Part shown: positions 54,122 through 64,000 of the stretch, in pieces | Layout of the letters: each line of letters opens with the position of its first letter | Numbering within the stretch: the stretch's first letter is position 1 | Origin: Bdellovibrionales bacterium CG10_big_fil_rev_8_21_14_0_10_45_34 | Lineage (GTDB): Bacteria > Bdellovibrionota > Bdellovibrionia > Bdellovibrionales > 1-14-0-10-45-34 | Direction: 5' to 3' | Assembly (NCBI GenBank): GCA_002778785.1 | Contig: PEZS01000001.1 | Span: 124,232-188,231, forward strand | DNA: 64,000 bases | Made by a program: the position numbers and the translations under genes | The notes under the pieces: model-generated | Databases searched by the model: none | What the model was told of the DNA's origin: nothing | Seen by the model: the letters and a program-made list of their open reading frames with translations, nothing else

Positions 54122-56386
54122 ATGATAAAGAGAGATCTCGAGTTGCTTTTTCATTTTTGCACTGTAGTCACCTTATTAGGTGGGTTAGTTTGCAGCACCG
54201 CAACCGCCGACATCAAATGGGCCGTTAGTGGTGCACATTGGACGGGCGCTGTAACGCCGCTCAGCCAAGCTAAAATGTCTGAATTAGCTTTTCAGTATCA
54301 AAAGTGCGCAGAGTTTTCGGTGAGGGCGCACGCGGTTGTTCCTGCCGCTACAAAGCACTGGGTCGCCATGGCCGAAATTCGGTGTGCCCTATTCGCGCTA
54401 GAAGCAAAACAAATCACTGCCAAGCAGTTTCAATATTATGTGAACCGCTGGATTCAGCATCGTCCACCTTTACCGGGACAACCTCTTTATGACGAGGTAA
54501 GAAATCTTGATGTAAATGTTCAACTAACGGCTATCGAAAACTATCCCGGCAGCCGGCGTGGGGCAGTATATGAAGAATTGTTGTCTGGGGTAGTTGGTCT
54601 TGATGCATGGATGAATTCTCAGAAAAAAGCGCGATATTACTTTTGGGCAGCTAGCTTGAGTTTGGCAAAAGGGGACCACCCGGCAGCAAAGGTACTTGCT
54701 GAAAGAAGTTTGTCGGGGGGATTTTCGGTTGAAGCCGCCCAAGTACACTCCAAATCGAGTGAGAAGCTGGCGCAGAATCCCAACTGCACGGGTGACTGTG
54801 CCGCCCAGGCGGGAGAGCAGCGAAATCACTTGATAGAAGAGGCTGGCACTCTCGTTGACGAGGTTAAAAAAGCAAAAAACATTTCAGAAAAAGTGCAGGC
54901 CCTTGAGAAGCTACAAGATAAATATCCTCAGTCTCAGCAGTTGGCAAAACTATGGGAAAATCTAAAAGACGGTGCAAAAAAAGAATTAGGAAGAGAAAGT
55001 TCTATAAGTAAAACCTGGAAGAAGGCTTTGCAGGGTGCACCTGCCCCAGTCTTGTTAGATCTTATTGATATAGCCTACTATCGTGGCGATCAGGACGGTT
55101 GTGCATTGTTTGCTGAGCTTATTGCTGATTCGGCGGCTGAGGCCCTGGGCGAACTCTGGCAGCTGAAGTGTCTCAACCTTTCGGAAGATCAACAAAAAGA
55201 GATTTATAAAAAGTTTGTTAAAAAGCGATCGCGCTGGCTGGGTTCTCCTATCGAAAGTGAGATGTTACTTCTTTCGGGTTTTTCAGCTCTTAAAGATTCT
55301 AACTTCGATGAAGCGTCGTCACTATTTTTGGAGCTCTCGACAGTTGATCAGAGCAGTGAGTGGAATCTCAAAGGGCTCTACTGGGCTTGGTATTCTTTCT
55401 CAGAAAGCTTGGCGGTTTTTGCGCAAAAGCCCGAAGAGAAGCGTTCGCCATCTGAGGTAAAAAGCATCGCTGAGCTACGTGAGAAAATTGAACAAATAAG
55501 ATCAGTGTTGATAGAAGAGTATCCACTCACTTATTACGGTATTCGGGCTCGAATGAGCCGCCCAGAAGAACCTTGGTTTGATAAGGCAAAAACACTACCC
55601 TCAAAGCAAGTGGTCTTAAAGGTTCCTGCTGACATAGAACAGCTGGCCAAAAATGGTTGGCCGGCAGAGGCGGCAGCATCGTTGAGAGCCCAACTTGCCC
55701 ATTTATCACCAGTAGCGTCAATCGAGCGACTCAATTGGTTTTCGAAAATAGGTGCCTACCGACCAGCAATCAGTGAATTCACTCTGGTGTGGGATCAATT
55801 GAGAAGCGAAAGAAGTGAAGTGTTATTAAAAGGCGGATTTCCTAAGCCTTTTAAGTCGATATTTGAACACTTTGCAAAAGAGAATAGCCTAGATAACGAT
55901 CTTGTTTTCTCGCTAGCGAGGCAAGAGAGTGCTTTTGATTATAGTGCCGTGAGTATAGCGGGCGCACTTGGACTTATGCAAATGATGCCAGCTACGGCAA
56001 GAGACGTTGCCTCTCAGCTCAGGTTCCGCAAGTATCCCGTTGAAATGGCACTGACAAAACCCTGGATCAATGTGCAGTTTTGTACTCGATATTTGGCTCA
56101 GATGTTAAAGATGTTCGATGGTCATGTGCCTTTGGCCCTGGCGGCATACAATGCTGGACCTGGTCGAGTGCGAGGTTGGCTCAAGATGAGACAGCTATCA
56201 CCTCAAAAGTCCTCAAGAATCGCCGATGAAATGTGGATTGAGGAGATACCTTGGACAGAGACGCGAAATTACGTACTTTCAATTCTAAGAAACTTATTGG
56301 TTTACCGCTACTTGGGGTCAGGTCTAGACCCCGATCAACCGATTCTATGGGAGAGAAATGCGAAGCTTGCGCAGCTGACGCAGTGA
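54122..56386 (+). CDS. slt: Soluble lytic murein transglycosylase (Slt70-like)
   Basis: Long superhelical N-terminal region, then an SLT domain LARQESAFDYSAVSIAGALGLMQMMPATA ... AAYNAGPGRV. Confidence 0.85.
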   Translation: MIKRDLELLFHFCTVVTLLGGLVCSTATADIKWAVSGAHWTGAVTPLSQAKMSELAFQYQKCAEFSVRAHAVVPAATKHWVAMAEIRCALFALEAKQITAKQFQYYVNRWIQHRPPLPGQPLYDEVRNLDVNVQLTAIENYPGSRRGAVYEELLSGVVGLDAWMNSQKKARYYFWAASLSLAKGDHPAAKVLAERSLSGGFSVEAAQVHSKSSEKLAQNPNCTGDCAAQAGEQRNHLIEEAGTLVDEVKKAKNISEKVQALEKLQDKYPQSQQLAKLWENLKDGAKKELGRESSISKTWKKALQGAPAPVLLDLIDIAYYRGDQDGCALFAELIADSAAEALGELWQLKCLNLSEDQQKEIYKKFVKKRSRWLGSPIESEMLLLSGFSALKDSNFDEASSLFLELSTVDQSSEWNLKGLYWAWYSFSESLAVFAQKPEEKRSPSEVKSIAELREKIEQIRSVLIEEYPLTYYGIRARMSRPEEPWFDKAKTLPSKQVVLKVPADIEQLAKNGWPAEAAASLRAQLAHLSPVASIERLNWFSKIGAYRPAISEFTLVWDQLRSERSEVLLKGGFPKPFKSIFEHFAKENSLDNDLVFSLARQESAFDYSAVSIAGALGLMQMMPATARDVASQLRFRKYPVEMALTKPWINVQFCTRYLAQMLKMFDGHVPLALAAYNAGPGRVRGWLKMRQLSPQKSSRIADEMWIEEIPWTETRNYVLSILRNLLVYRYLGSGLDPDQPILWERNAKLAQLTQ

Positions 56387-56416
56387 CGGTAGCCTTTAAT
56401 TAGAGGAGATTCTGTT

Positions 56417-57934
56417 TTGACGAAATATTTCATTAAAAGTCTGACCGCATTGACACTCATCGTAACCGTCGGTTGCTCAACCACCTATCGGAGCGCATTT
56501 AATGCCGATGATGCTCCAGTCGAAGGAGATATCACAAAGTTCTCCGTCGAGTCGCAACTCCCTGATATGGATGCCGCTTCGGAGTCTGATCTTCCGCAAG
56601 AAGTGAACGGACAAGTAGAAAAGTGGATCAACTACTTTACTGGCCGCGGGCGACCTCATATGGAGAGATATCTTTCGCGCTCTTCTCGGTACCTTCCAAT
56701 GATGAAAGCGATTCTGGTCAAGAACGGTTTGCCTGAGAATTTGGTTTATGTTGCTTTGATTGAATCAGGATTCAATTCGGTCGCGCACAGTCATGCGGGT
56801 GCTGTTGGCTATTGGCAATTCATACGTGGTACCGGTAAGGCATACGGTCTTCACATAGACTCACTTGTTGATGAAAGAAAAGACTTCATTCTTTCGACTG
56901 AAGCAGCGGCCAAATACTTAAGTGGTCTCTACAATTTATTTGGGTCTTGGTACTTAGCTATCGCAGCGTATAACGTTGGCGAGAATCGCATCAAGCGCTT
57001 AGTGATGAAGCACCAGACGCGGGACTTTTGGGAGCTTGTTCGAAAGCGCGGGTTGCCACGTGAAACTCAAGACTATGTTCCGAAGTTTATTGCGGCAAAG
57101 CATATTGCAAAAGACCCTTCGAAATTTGGTTTTACTGATATTCAGTATATGGTGCCTCTGCAGTTCGAGGAGATTCGCTCAAATCACGCAGTCGATCTTA
57201 AAGAGCTAGCGAAGAGGATTGATGTAGATTACCAAGAAATTCGCGCATTGAATCCAGCATATCGCAGTCAGTACGCCCCTGCTATGGGCGGGCGAGTTGT
57301 GTTGAGGGTTCCGGTGGGTCAAAAACTGCTAGCTCAGCAGTCTCTCGAATTTGCTAAAGCCACTCGGCGCGAAATTGCCAAAGCTGATCGCGGCTATTTT
57401 GTAAGCCACAAAGTACGTAGAGGCGAAACTCTTGGTGGGATAGCACGGCGGTATCGCACATCCATTCGCGCTATACGTGAAGCCAACAACATGGGCCGTA
57501 AAACCATGATTCGCGCAGGTTCGGTAATCAAGGTTCCATCTCGTACATATGCAAAAAGCGGCAGCACAAGCGATGCGAGTGTTCGCAAGCGTTACTCTAA
57601 GAGTTATGCAAACACGAGAGCTCCTAGTGGCGGTGGAGCTCCAGATTATAAAGTGCGACGCGGCGACAACTTGACGATTATTGCTAGTAAATTTGGAACT
57701 TCTGTTGCGCGTTTGCGCGCTGCTAACGGATTAAAGCGCGGGCAAGTTTTGATGGCGGGGAAGCGCCTCAAAATACCCGGGCACCAGCTTTCGGATGTTC
57801 ATACAGTTCGTCGTGGCGACACGCTTTACGACATAGCCCGCAGGTACAAAACTTCTGTGGGCCGCCTTGCTCAGGCTAATGGTTTGAAGCGACGAGATTC
57901 ACTTCACGTGGGTAAAAAACTTCGCATTCCTTAA
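56417..57934 (+). CDS. mltD: Membrane-bound lytic transglycosylase (MltD-like lipoprotein) with three LysM repeats
   Basis: Lipobox TVGC. SLT domain ALIESGFNSVAHSHAGAVGYWQF ... AAYNVGENRI. LysM repeats begin HKVRRGETLGGIARRY, YKVRRGDNLTIIASKF and HTVRRGDTLYDIARRY. The start codon is TTG. Confidence 0.85.
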   Translation: MTKYFIKSLTALTLIVTVGCSTTYRSAFNADDAPVEGDITKFSVESQLPDMDAASESDLPQEVNGQVEKWINYFTGRGRPHMERYLSRSSRYLPMMKAILVKNGLPENLVYVALIESGFNSVAHSHAGAVGYWQFIRGTGKAYGLHIDSLVDERKDFILSTEAAAKYLSGLYNLFGSWYLAIAAYNVGENRIKRLVMKHQTRDFWELVRKRGLPRETQDYVPKFIAAKHIAKDPSKFGFTDIQYMVPLQFEEIRSNHAVDLKELAKRIDVDYQEIRALNPAYRSQYAPAMGGRVVLRVPVGQKLLAQQSLEFAKATRREIAKADRGYFVSHKVRRGETLGGIARRYRTSIRAIREANNMGRKTMIRAGSVIKVPSRTYAKSGSTSDASVRKRYSKSYANTRAPSGGGAPDYKVRRGDNLTIIASKFGTSVARLRAANGLKRGQVLMAGKRLKIPGHQLSDVHTVRRGDTLYDIARRYKTSVGRLAQANGLKRRDSLHVGKKLRIP

Positions 57935-58345
57935 GGAACGAATAGCAGCGTTATTCGTCGTCGACAGAGCACACGGCTATGCCTCCTCCTCGCGCCTTAC
58001 TCTTCGCTTTATTGCGTTTGCTCGCTACGTTTAATGAAACGTCAACAATCGCTAATCTCTTGCCTGTTTATTCCGGTTTTTGTGCCAGACTTGTTTGTGC
58101 GAGACTTGGATGGCTTACAGTTATCTCGTCTCGGTGGGCAGTGCTCAGCGAATGAGTGCCGATAATCAAGGACAGTTGTGCACACGAGCTCGGATCCGCT
58201 ATCCAGTTTAAATTTTTAGTATCTAAATATCTTGTTCCGATATCCAACAATTCTCTGAAGGCAGAAGCCCAGACTACTTTATATTCGATTTCCACGTCGA
58301 AAGTAGAATCAATCGGTACTTTAGAAATTCAGGTTAAGGCCGCCA

Positions 58346-59281
58346 TTATTGGGCGCCACGTCGATTTGAGGTTTTATTCTTTTGATAACTTGTTTTTGTA
58401 GGCTCAAATACGGTTTTCAGCTCATAGTCGTTTTCGTTGGCTTGATCTTTCTCGCAATATTTTTGAGCATCACAGAAATCTTTCGATTTAAGCAATCGAT
58501 TCATTTTTTCGTACATGTAAGCTCCCATAAGGGTGTTGTCGTATTCTTCAGACAGTACTCTCAGCTTGGTATTGAGATCTGTAATCCCGTCCGACACGGA
58601 ATCCAATGTGCGAGCGAAGTTGTTCCCTCGAACAGTTTCTCGCATGCGAGTCATTTGTTCTTGTAGGGCGGTCATTTCGGCGCGGCGGATATCTTCCTCC
58701 TGAGATTTTTTGGTCTTTTCAAGCAGGGCATTTTGTGCAAGCGTTAATCTCTCGTCTGCGCTGTTGAGGCTACTCAGGGCTTTATTAAACTCATCTTCTA
58801 GTTTCTTTGCTTCCGCCTCTTTATCGGCGAGTGTTTTTTCTAAGTCAGACTTCTTATTCTGCCAAGCCATTTGGTTCAAATAACCTTTTCGACCTGTAAT
58901 CTCAACAAATTTGGGCGAGTTTCTGCACACATAAGTTTTGTACTGTGAGTCTTCGAAGCAGTGCTCCTGAATAATTGAAATGTCCTTCTTAAACTCTTCA
59001 ACGGCGGCTTTTGATTTGGCATATTCACCCCCCTTGCACTGCTCAAAGGATACTATATCTTTCGAGCCGCAAAGTTTTCGAAGATGCTCTGAGGCTTTTG
59101 CAGTACTGCGGTCAATCGTTTGCCGCGCTTGTGAGTAGGCGAGGCGCAAACCACCTATATCTTGAATTTTGACTTGATCTTTAGGGTCAAATTCGTCTAC
59201 CGCATTAGTATTCGCGAAGACAAAAGATGAGGCTAAAACAAAAAGTGCTTTAGAAATAGGTGTTTGTAAAATGAGTTTCAT
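58346..59281 (-). CDS. Exported coiled-coil protein of unknown function
   Basis: Start placed at ATG 59281 (MKLILQTPISKALFVLASSFVFANTNA). There are long heptad-like stretches and several Cys. Confidence 0.45.
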   Translation of the reverse strand: MKLILQTPISKALFVLASSFVFANTNAVDEFDPKDQVKIQDIGGLRLAYSQARQTIDRSTAKASEHLRKLCGSKDIVSFEQCKGGEYAKSKAAVEEFKKDISIIQEHCFEDSQYKTYVCRNSPKFVEITGRKGYLNQMAWQNKKSDLEKTLADKEAEAKKLEDEFNKALSSLNSADERLTLAQNALLEKTKKSQEEDIRRAEMTALQEQMTRMRETVRGNNFARTLDSVSDGITDLNTKLRVLSEEYDNTLMGAYMYEKMNRLLKSKDFCDAQKYCEKDQANENDYELKTVFEPTKTSYQKNKTSNRRGAQ

Positions 59282-59454
59282 CGCGCTCACCTCCATGTGT
59301 CGAACGGCCCTACCAGCGTGAAAAACGCATAGTACAGTCATTATTTCGTGAATATTTGAAAGAAGAAACAAGTTTCGTTGGAGCTGTCAGAAATCGACAT
59401 TGGTCTTGAGAATGGGGTCTGGCATTTCAACAGCAGCACAAATTCACCTTACTG

Positions 59455-60246
59455 TTAAACCAACTTGCTCTTCACGTACTCGGCGACGGTGGTGAAATCT
59501 TTTGATGTCGGTGTGTTGGGGTGGCTTGAGACGTAGGGTATGCCCATTTCACACGAACGGGACAACTCAAGAGTGAATGGCACCGAAGCGAGCTTTTTAA
59601 GGCCTCGACCATCTAAATAAGCATCAATTTCGCCTTTTTGAAACATCTCAACTCGATCGCCGGCTGGTGTGAGCATGTAAGACATATTCTCAACAACACC
59701 CAATACAGGAATGCCAACACGGCCAAACATATCGATCGATCGCTTCACATCAGAAAGCGCAATATCTTGAGGAGTAGAAACCACAACGGCCCCACTGACC
59801 GGTACTTTCTGGGCAAGAGTTAGCTGCACGTCACCCGTACCAGGAGGCAGATCAATCACCAAAACATCAACTTCTCCCCAAAGAACATCTCTTAAAAACT
59901 GATCGATGGCCTTAAAGAGCATTGGCCCACGCCACACGAGCGCCGCGCTTTCTTCAATTAAGTAGCCGATACTCATCAACTTCACCCCGCCTCGTTCGAT
60001 CGGAATGATTTTTCCGTCGGCGGTGATTTCTGGTTTTTGTCTGAGTGTTCCCGTGAGTCTAGGTACACTTGGTCCGTAAATGTCCGCATCAAGTAGGGCC
60101 GCTTTGAGCCCGACCTTTGCGAGCGAGTAAGCAAGATTCAAGGCCACAGTGCTTTTGCCGACGCCCCCTTTGCCAGAGCCAACAGCAAGAATTGTCTTAA
60201 CGCCCCCAATGGGCTGTTGTTGTTCGAAGGGATTCATCTGCGCCAT
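59455..60246 (-). CDS. apbC: Mrp/ApbC-type iron-sulfur cluster carrier ATPase
   Basis: ILAVGSGKGGVGKSTVALNLA (deviant Walker A), VLVIDLPPGTGD, and VVENMSY. Confidence 0.9.
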   Translation of the reverse strand: MAQMNPFEQQQPIGGVKTILAVGSGKGGVGKSTVALNLAYSLAKVGLKAALLDADIYGPSVPRLTGTLRQKPEITADGKIIPIERGGVKLMSIGYLIEESAALVWRGPMLFKAIDQFLRDVLWGEVDVLVIDLPPGTGDVQLTLAQKVPVSGAVVVSTPQDIALSDVKRSIDMFGRVGIPVLGVVENMSYMLTPAGDRVEMFQKGEIDAYLDGRGLKKLASVPFTLELSRSCEMGIPYVSSHPNTPTSKDFTTVAEYVKSKLV

Positions 60247-60302
60247 GAGGCTCCTTTGGTAGCTAGTTTACAATTGCATCCGCAATTGAAATACTATGAG
60301 AG

Positions 60303-60680
60303 GTGAACTCCACAAGCTTTGTACTTCTCAATCTAGGTGTTGTCACGGCACTGGTCGTGTTGATCTTGCTCGTTCGAAAGCGCTCGCGCCCGACGCCGCT
60401 GAGAATGCAGGAGAGCTCTCCTACAAGCGGGCTCTTTTCTAGGCAGTCACGCAGCAATTTGGAAGATGGGCAGTCGACTCGTTCACTCACGGTTTATTTT
60501 CAGTTTAACGGAGAATCTTGGGAGGCCCACGAAGTTTTAGGGATCCCGGCCGGCAGTGAACTCAGGCGAGCCCGGGAAGCCTACAATCGCTGCCGCGTGT
60601 CCTCTCCCGACCCACACAGCTGCGAATTCTTCAAGCTCGCCCTCAATGCCCTCGAGGAGTTTCGAAAAAACCAAGCCTAA
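60303..60680 (+). CDS. Small membrane-anchored protein, unknown function
   Basis: GTG start and one TM segment (FVLLNLGVVTALVVLILLV). The C-terminal HEVLGIPAGSELRRAREAYNR is only J-domain-like, with no HPD. Confidence 0.3.
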   Translation: MNSTSFVLLNLGVVTALVVLILLVRKRSRPTPLRMQESSPTSGLFSRQSRSNLEDGQSTRSLTVYFQFNGESWEAHEVLGIPAGSELRRAREAYNRCRVSSPDPHSCEFFKLALNALEEFRKNQA

Positions 60681-60749
60681 CGCAAAAAGTCATCATTGAG
60701 CTTGGCTCTAGGCCCGACTAATGTAGAGCTCTTTCTTTGAGGCTAATAA

Positions 60750-62111
60750 ATGGAAACTCGTTATCTAGAAGATCTGCAAATTTTGGTGTCGCTTTGTAAA
60801 AGGCGTGGTTTTGTTTTCCCCAGTAGCGAAATCTACGGCGGAATCAATGCATGTTGGGATTACGGACCTCTCGGTGCCGAGCTAAAGCTCAATGTAAAGA
60901 AAGTTTGGTGGGAGTCCATGACCCGACGGGCAGACGTTGTTGGGTTAGACGCGGCTATATTGATGGCTCCTATGGTCTGGAAGGCCTCGGGGCATGTCGA
61001 TACTTTCTCTGACCCGATGGTGGATTGCAAAAAGTGTAAGCTACGATTTCGAGCTGACAAGATCGATCTTAAAAATCCACCCTGCAAAGAAAAGTGCGGC
61101 GGAGAATTCTTAACCGAACCTCGTAACTTCAATCTTATGTTCAAGACCTACATGGGGCCACTTGAAGATGCTTCGAGCATTGTTTACCTCAGGCCAGAGA
61201 CTGCCCAAGGCATTTATGTAAATTTTGAAAATGTTCACACATCTATGCGAAAAAAGGTGCCTTTTGGAATCGCCCAAATCGGCAAAGCCTTTCGAAATGA
61301 AATTACTCCTGGCAACTTTACATTCCGCACACGTGAATTTGAACAGATGGAGATGCAATTTTTCGTCAAGCCAGGTGCCGATGAAAAATGGATGGATTAC
61401 TGGAAGCAAGCTCGCCAGGATTTTTATCTCAGCCTAGGATTTCGTAAAGAGAATCTCAGGTTCCATGCCCACACCGAAAAGGAACTAGCGCATTACGCGA
61501 AGAGTGCCTTCGATATTGAGTTTCAGTTTCCGATGGGTTGGCAAGAGCTCGAGGGCATTCATAATCGATCCGACTTCGATTTGAGCCAACACCAAAAATT
61601 CTCGGGTAAGAATCTTGAGTACTTTGAAGAGGCCACCAAAGAAAAATTCTTGCCGTACATTATAGAAACCTCGGCGGGCTGCGACCGTTTCGTGCTTGCG
61701 GCACTTTGCGATTCTTACCGGGTAGAAATCACAGAAACCGACGGGAAAAAAGACGAACGAATTGTTCTCGGTTTACATCCCCAGTTGGCTCCAGTTAAAG
61801 CGGCAGTGTTTCCGCTTTCAAAAAAGCCTGAGCTTCAGGAGCTTTCTGAAAAGATCTTCGGAAGGCTAATGAAAAAATGGGTCTGCCAGTACGACGAATC
61901 TGCCAGTATCGGCAAACGCTATAGAAGACAAGACGAGATCGGAACCCCACTTTGCATCACGGTAGACTTTGACTCTTTAACCGATAACAAAGTCACAGTG
62001 AGAGAAAGAGACTCAATGAAGCAAGACCGGGTGTCTATTGATTCATTAGAAGCTTATATGTCAGACAAACTTGTTGATCTGGCAAATGCGAGAGCAGCGG
62101 CAACGAGTTAA
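60750..62111 (+). CDS. glyQS: Glycine--tRNA ligase (alpha2 homodimeric type)
   Basis: [17 protein letters not shown]...[44 protein letters not shown], and IETSAGCDR. Confidence 0.95.
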   Translation: METRYLEDLQILVSLCKRRGFVFPSSEIYGGINACWDYGPLGAELKLNVKKVWWESMTRRADVVGLDAAILMAPMVWKASGHVDTFSDPMVDCKKCKLRFRADKIDLKNPPCKEKCGGEFLTEPRNFNLMFKTYMGPLEDASSIVYLRPETAQGIYVNFENVHTSMRKKVPFGIAQIGKAFRNEITPGNFTFRTREFEQMEMQFFVKPGADEKWMDYWKQARQDFYLSLGFRKENLRFHAHTEKELAHYAKSAFDIEFQFPMGWQELEGIHNRSDFDLSQHQKFSGKNLEYFEEATKEKFLPYIIETSAGCDRFVLAALCDSYRVEITETDGKKDERIVLGLHPQLAPVKAAVFPLSKKPELQELSEKIFGRLMKKWVCQYDESASIGKRYRRQDEIGTPLCITVDFDSLTDNKVTVRERDSMKQDRVSIDSLEAYMSDKLVDLANARAAATS

Positions 62112-62151
62112 ATTGGAAGTGGCGCTTAAAGTGGCACTTTAAGGGGGAGGC

Positions 62152-64000
62152 ATGGAGTTGGACTTGAGCGAGCAAATCAAATCACCCGTTAAAGCAAACA
62201 AGAATATCTATCGTTTTGGTGGTGGCCGAGCTGATGGCACAGCAAAAATGAAAAATCTATTGGGCGGTAAAGGGGCCAATCTTGCAGAGATGGCCGGTCT
62301 TGGTATTCCTGTTCCGCCCGGCTTTACAATTACAACCGAAATCTGCACCGAGTTTCTAAATCTAGGGAGACTTCCTGATCACATTAAAAATGAAGTGAAG
62401 TCGTCAGTGAGCGAAGTTGAAAAAATCGTAGGTAAGTCGTTTGCGTCTACTGTAAATCCGCTTCTGCTAAGTGTGCGCTCCGGGGCCCGAGCAAGTATGC
62501 CGGGTATGATGGACACGATTTTAAACTTGGGGCTTAACGCCTCTACCGTAGAAGCGCTCGCCAGCGCGACGAACAATCCGCGATTCGCTTGGGACTCGTA
62601 TCGGCGCTTTGTTCAAATGTATGCGAATGTTGTTATGGGGTATTCGTCTAGCCACTTAGAAATTCATTTGGAAGATCTGAAACACCTCAAAGGCGTCGAA
62701 TTAGATAGTGAGCTTTCAGTCGATGATCTAAAAACTCTGGTTTCAAAGTACTTAAGTGATATTGCCATGAATACAGCCCAAAAATTCCCTGAAGATCCAT
62801 GGGACCAGCTATGGGGCGCGATAGAAGCGGTCTTTAAAAGTTGGCAGACTCCGCGGGCGAAAACCTATAGAAAGCTTCATGATATCCCTGACACATGGGG
62901 CACTGCTGTCAACGTGCAGGCAATGGTTTTTGGAAACATGGGCGAGACTTCGGCCACAGGAGTTGCCTTCACAAGAAATCCATCGACAGGAGAAAAGGCC
63001 CTTTACGGAGAATTTCTTATCAATGCACAGGGCGAAGATGTAGTTGCCGGCCTTAGAACTCCAAACCCGCTTTCTGGAGCCGTCTCTCACTCAATGGAGT
63101 CTCAGCTTCCTGCGGCCTTTCAAGAATTTGTTGATATCGCCAATAAACTCGAGACTCATTACCGCGATATGCAAGACTTGGAGTTTACAATTGAGAACTC
63201 GCGTCTTTGGATGCTGCAAACGCGAACAGGCAAAAGAACAGCCCAGGCCTCTTTAAGAATTGCTTGCGAACTTCTGGATGAAGGAATTATTTCCGAGAAA
63301 GAAGCTCTTTTGCGAATAGATCCAGGGAGTTTAGATCAACTTTTGCACCCAACGCTCGACCCGAAGGCGACAAAAAAATTACTTGCGAAAGGTCTTCCTG
63401 CTAGCCCCGGAGCTGCTAGCGGACCAATTGTGTTTACAAGTGAAAGCGCAGAAGAATACGAGATTCACCATGGTAAGAAACCCATCCTCGTGCGTGTTGA
63501 AACTTCGCCAGAAGATATTGGCGGAATGGTTGCTGCAGCCGGCATATTGACAAGCCGAGGAGGGATGACCTCCCACGCGGCAGTTGTCGCGCGTGGCATG
63601 GGCAAATGCTGCGTGGCTGGTTGTTCAGACATTCTTATTGATGAGAGGCAAAAAACTCTCATCGTAAAAGGTCACAAGTTTACTGAGTTTGACGTGATCA
63701 CACTTGATGGTTCTACCGGAGAAGTCTTTATGGGTTCTGTTCAAACCGTTGAGCCGCTGTTGAGCGAACACTTTGATCGCGTTATGAAGATGGCTGACGG
63801 TGCGCGAAGAATGTCGGTAAGAGCAAATGCTGATACTCCTAAGGATGCAAAAGTTGCGAGAGATTTTGGCGCGAGTGGAATAGGGCTTTGCCGTACGGAG
63901 CACATGTTCTTTGATCCGGAGCGTATCGATGTTGTTCGGCAGATGATACTTTCAGAAACAACCGACGAGAGAATAGAGGCTCTTGAAAAGCTACTTCCTA
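62152..64000 (+). CDS. ppdK: Pyruvate, phosphate dikinase (5' two-thirds; runs off the window; absent from the ORF track)
   Basis: RBS AAGGGGGAGG precedes ATG 62152. IYRFGGGRADGTAKMKNLLGGKGANLAEMAGLGIPVPPGFTITTE is followed by the phospho-His loop GGMTSHAAVVARGMGKCCVAG near 63560. Confidence 0.9.
   Translation, partial: MELDLSEQIKSPVKANKNIYRFGGGRADGTAKMKNLLGGKGANLAEMAGLGIPVPPGFTITTEICTEFLNLGRLPDHIKNEVKSSVSEVEKIVGKSFASTVNPLLLSVRSGARASMPGMMDTILNLGLNASTVEALASATNNPRFAWDSYRRFVQMYANVVMGYSSSHLEIHLEDLKHLKGVELDSELSVDDLKTLVSKYLSDIAMNTAQKFPEDPWDQLWGAIEAVFKSWQTPRAKTYRKLHDIPDTWGTAVNVQAMVFGNMGETSATGVAFTRNPSTGEKALYGEFLINAQGEDVVAGLRTPNPLSGAVSHSMESQLPAAFQEFVDIANKLETHYRDMQDLEFTIENSRLWMLQTRTGKRTAQASLRIACELLDEGIISEKEALLRIDPGSLDQLLHPTLDPKATKKLLAKGLPASPGAASGPIVFTSESAEEYEIHHGKKPILVRVETSPEDIGGMVAAAGILTSRGGMTSHAAVVARGMGKCCVAGCSDILIDERQKTLIVKGHKFTEFDVITLDGSTGEVFMGSVQTVEPLLSEHFDRVMKMADGARRMSVRANADTPKDAKVARDFGASGIGLCRTEHMFFDPERIDVVRQMILSETTDERIEALEKLLP

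Noticed and set aside
57935-58345. 411-bp spacer between the convergent mltD-like and coiled-coil genes, examined for a small gene or sRNA.
   Set aside because: It holds only a weak AT-rich hairpin after mltD (ACGAATA-N7-TATTCGT). There is also a 58-aa ORF (57979-58155) without an RBS and a 75-aa GTG ORF (58068-58295) without motifs. Nothing is supportable from sequence alone.
60303-60680. J-domain (DnaJ-like) call for the C-terminus HEVLGIPAGSELRRAREAYNR.
   Set aside because: There is no HPD tripeptide and the similarity is limited to helix I. It is kept only as a hypothetical membrane protein.
62132-62150. Sigma-54-like TGGCAC element just upstream of ppdK.
   Set aside because: The required TTGC(A/T) five nt downstream is absent (the sequence is TGGCACTTTAAGGGGG). 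The G-run is the RBS.

Overview
This is a 64-kb chromosomal segment from a Gram-negative bacterium, roughly 45-50 % GC by eye. The gene content includes a MoxR/DUF58/VWA 'Bat' operon, many exported orphan proteins, HtrA, Slt/MltD, alpha2-type GlyRS and PPDK. That mix is reminiscent of Bdellovibrio-like or deltaproteobacterial genomes, but lineage cannot be fixed from sequence alone. I can support about 65 protein genes, one tRNA-Gln(UUG), several gene remnants, two candidate TetR operator boxes and a few terminators. I found no rRNA and no CRISPR array. Two edge-truncated genes absent from the ORF track were recovered by hand: an ABC ATPase at 1-602 (-) and ppdK at 62152-64000 (+). The most interesting items are these. 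(1) A nine-gene, translationally coupled minus-strand operon (1-9503) joins a YnjBCD-like ABC importer, a rhodanese and a YnjF-like CDP-alcohol transferase with an exported nucleoside hydrolase, an FAD oxidoreductase, a membrane class III cyclase and a GT-C-like protein. This is my best candidate for an undescribed pathway. (2) A ~195-bp diverged direct repeat flanks a 1.5-kb insertion carrying a Cys-cluster flavoprotein, which is the scar expected from Campbell-type integration. (3) A mosaic accessory stretch (33-42.5 kb) ends at tRNA-Gln. It holds a Cas4-like/DUF2779 nuclease, an HNH endonuclease, gene remnants and two toxin-antitoxin modules, one of them frameshifted. (4) Several catalytically degenerate proteins occur: a pseudo-histidine kinase with a pseudo-receiver, and an M48 peptidase without HExxH. 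(5) A Bat operon variant has BatB and BatC fused. All family assignments come from motif reading, not database searches.
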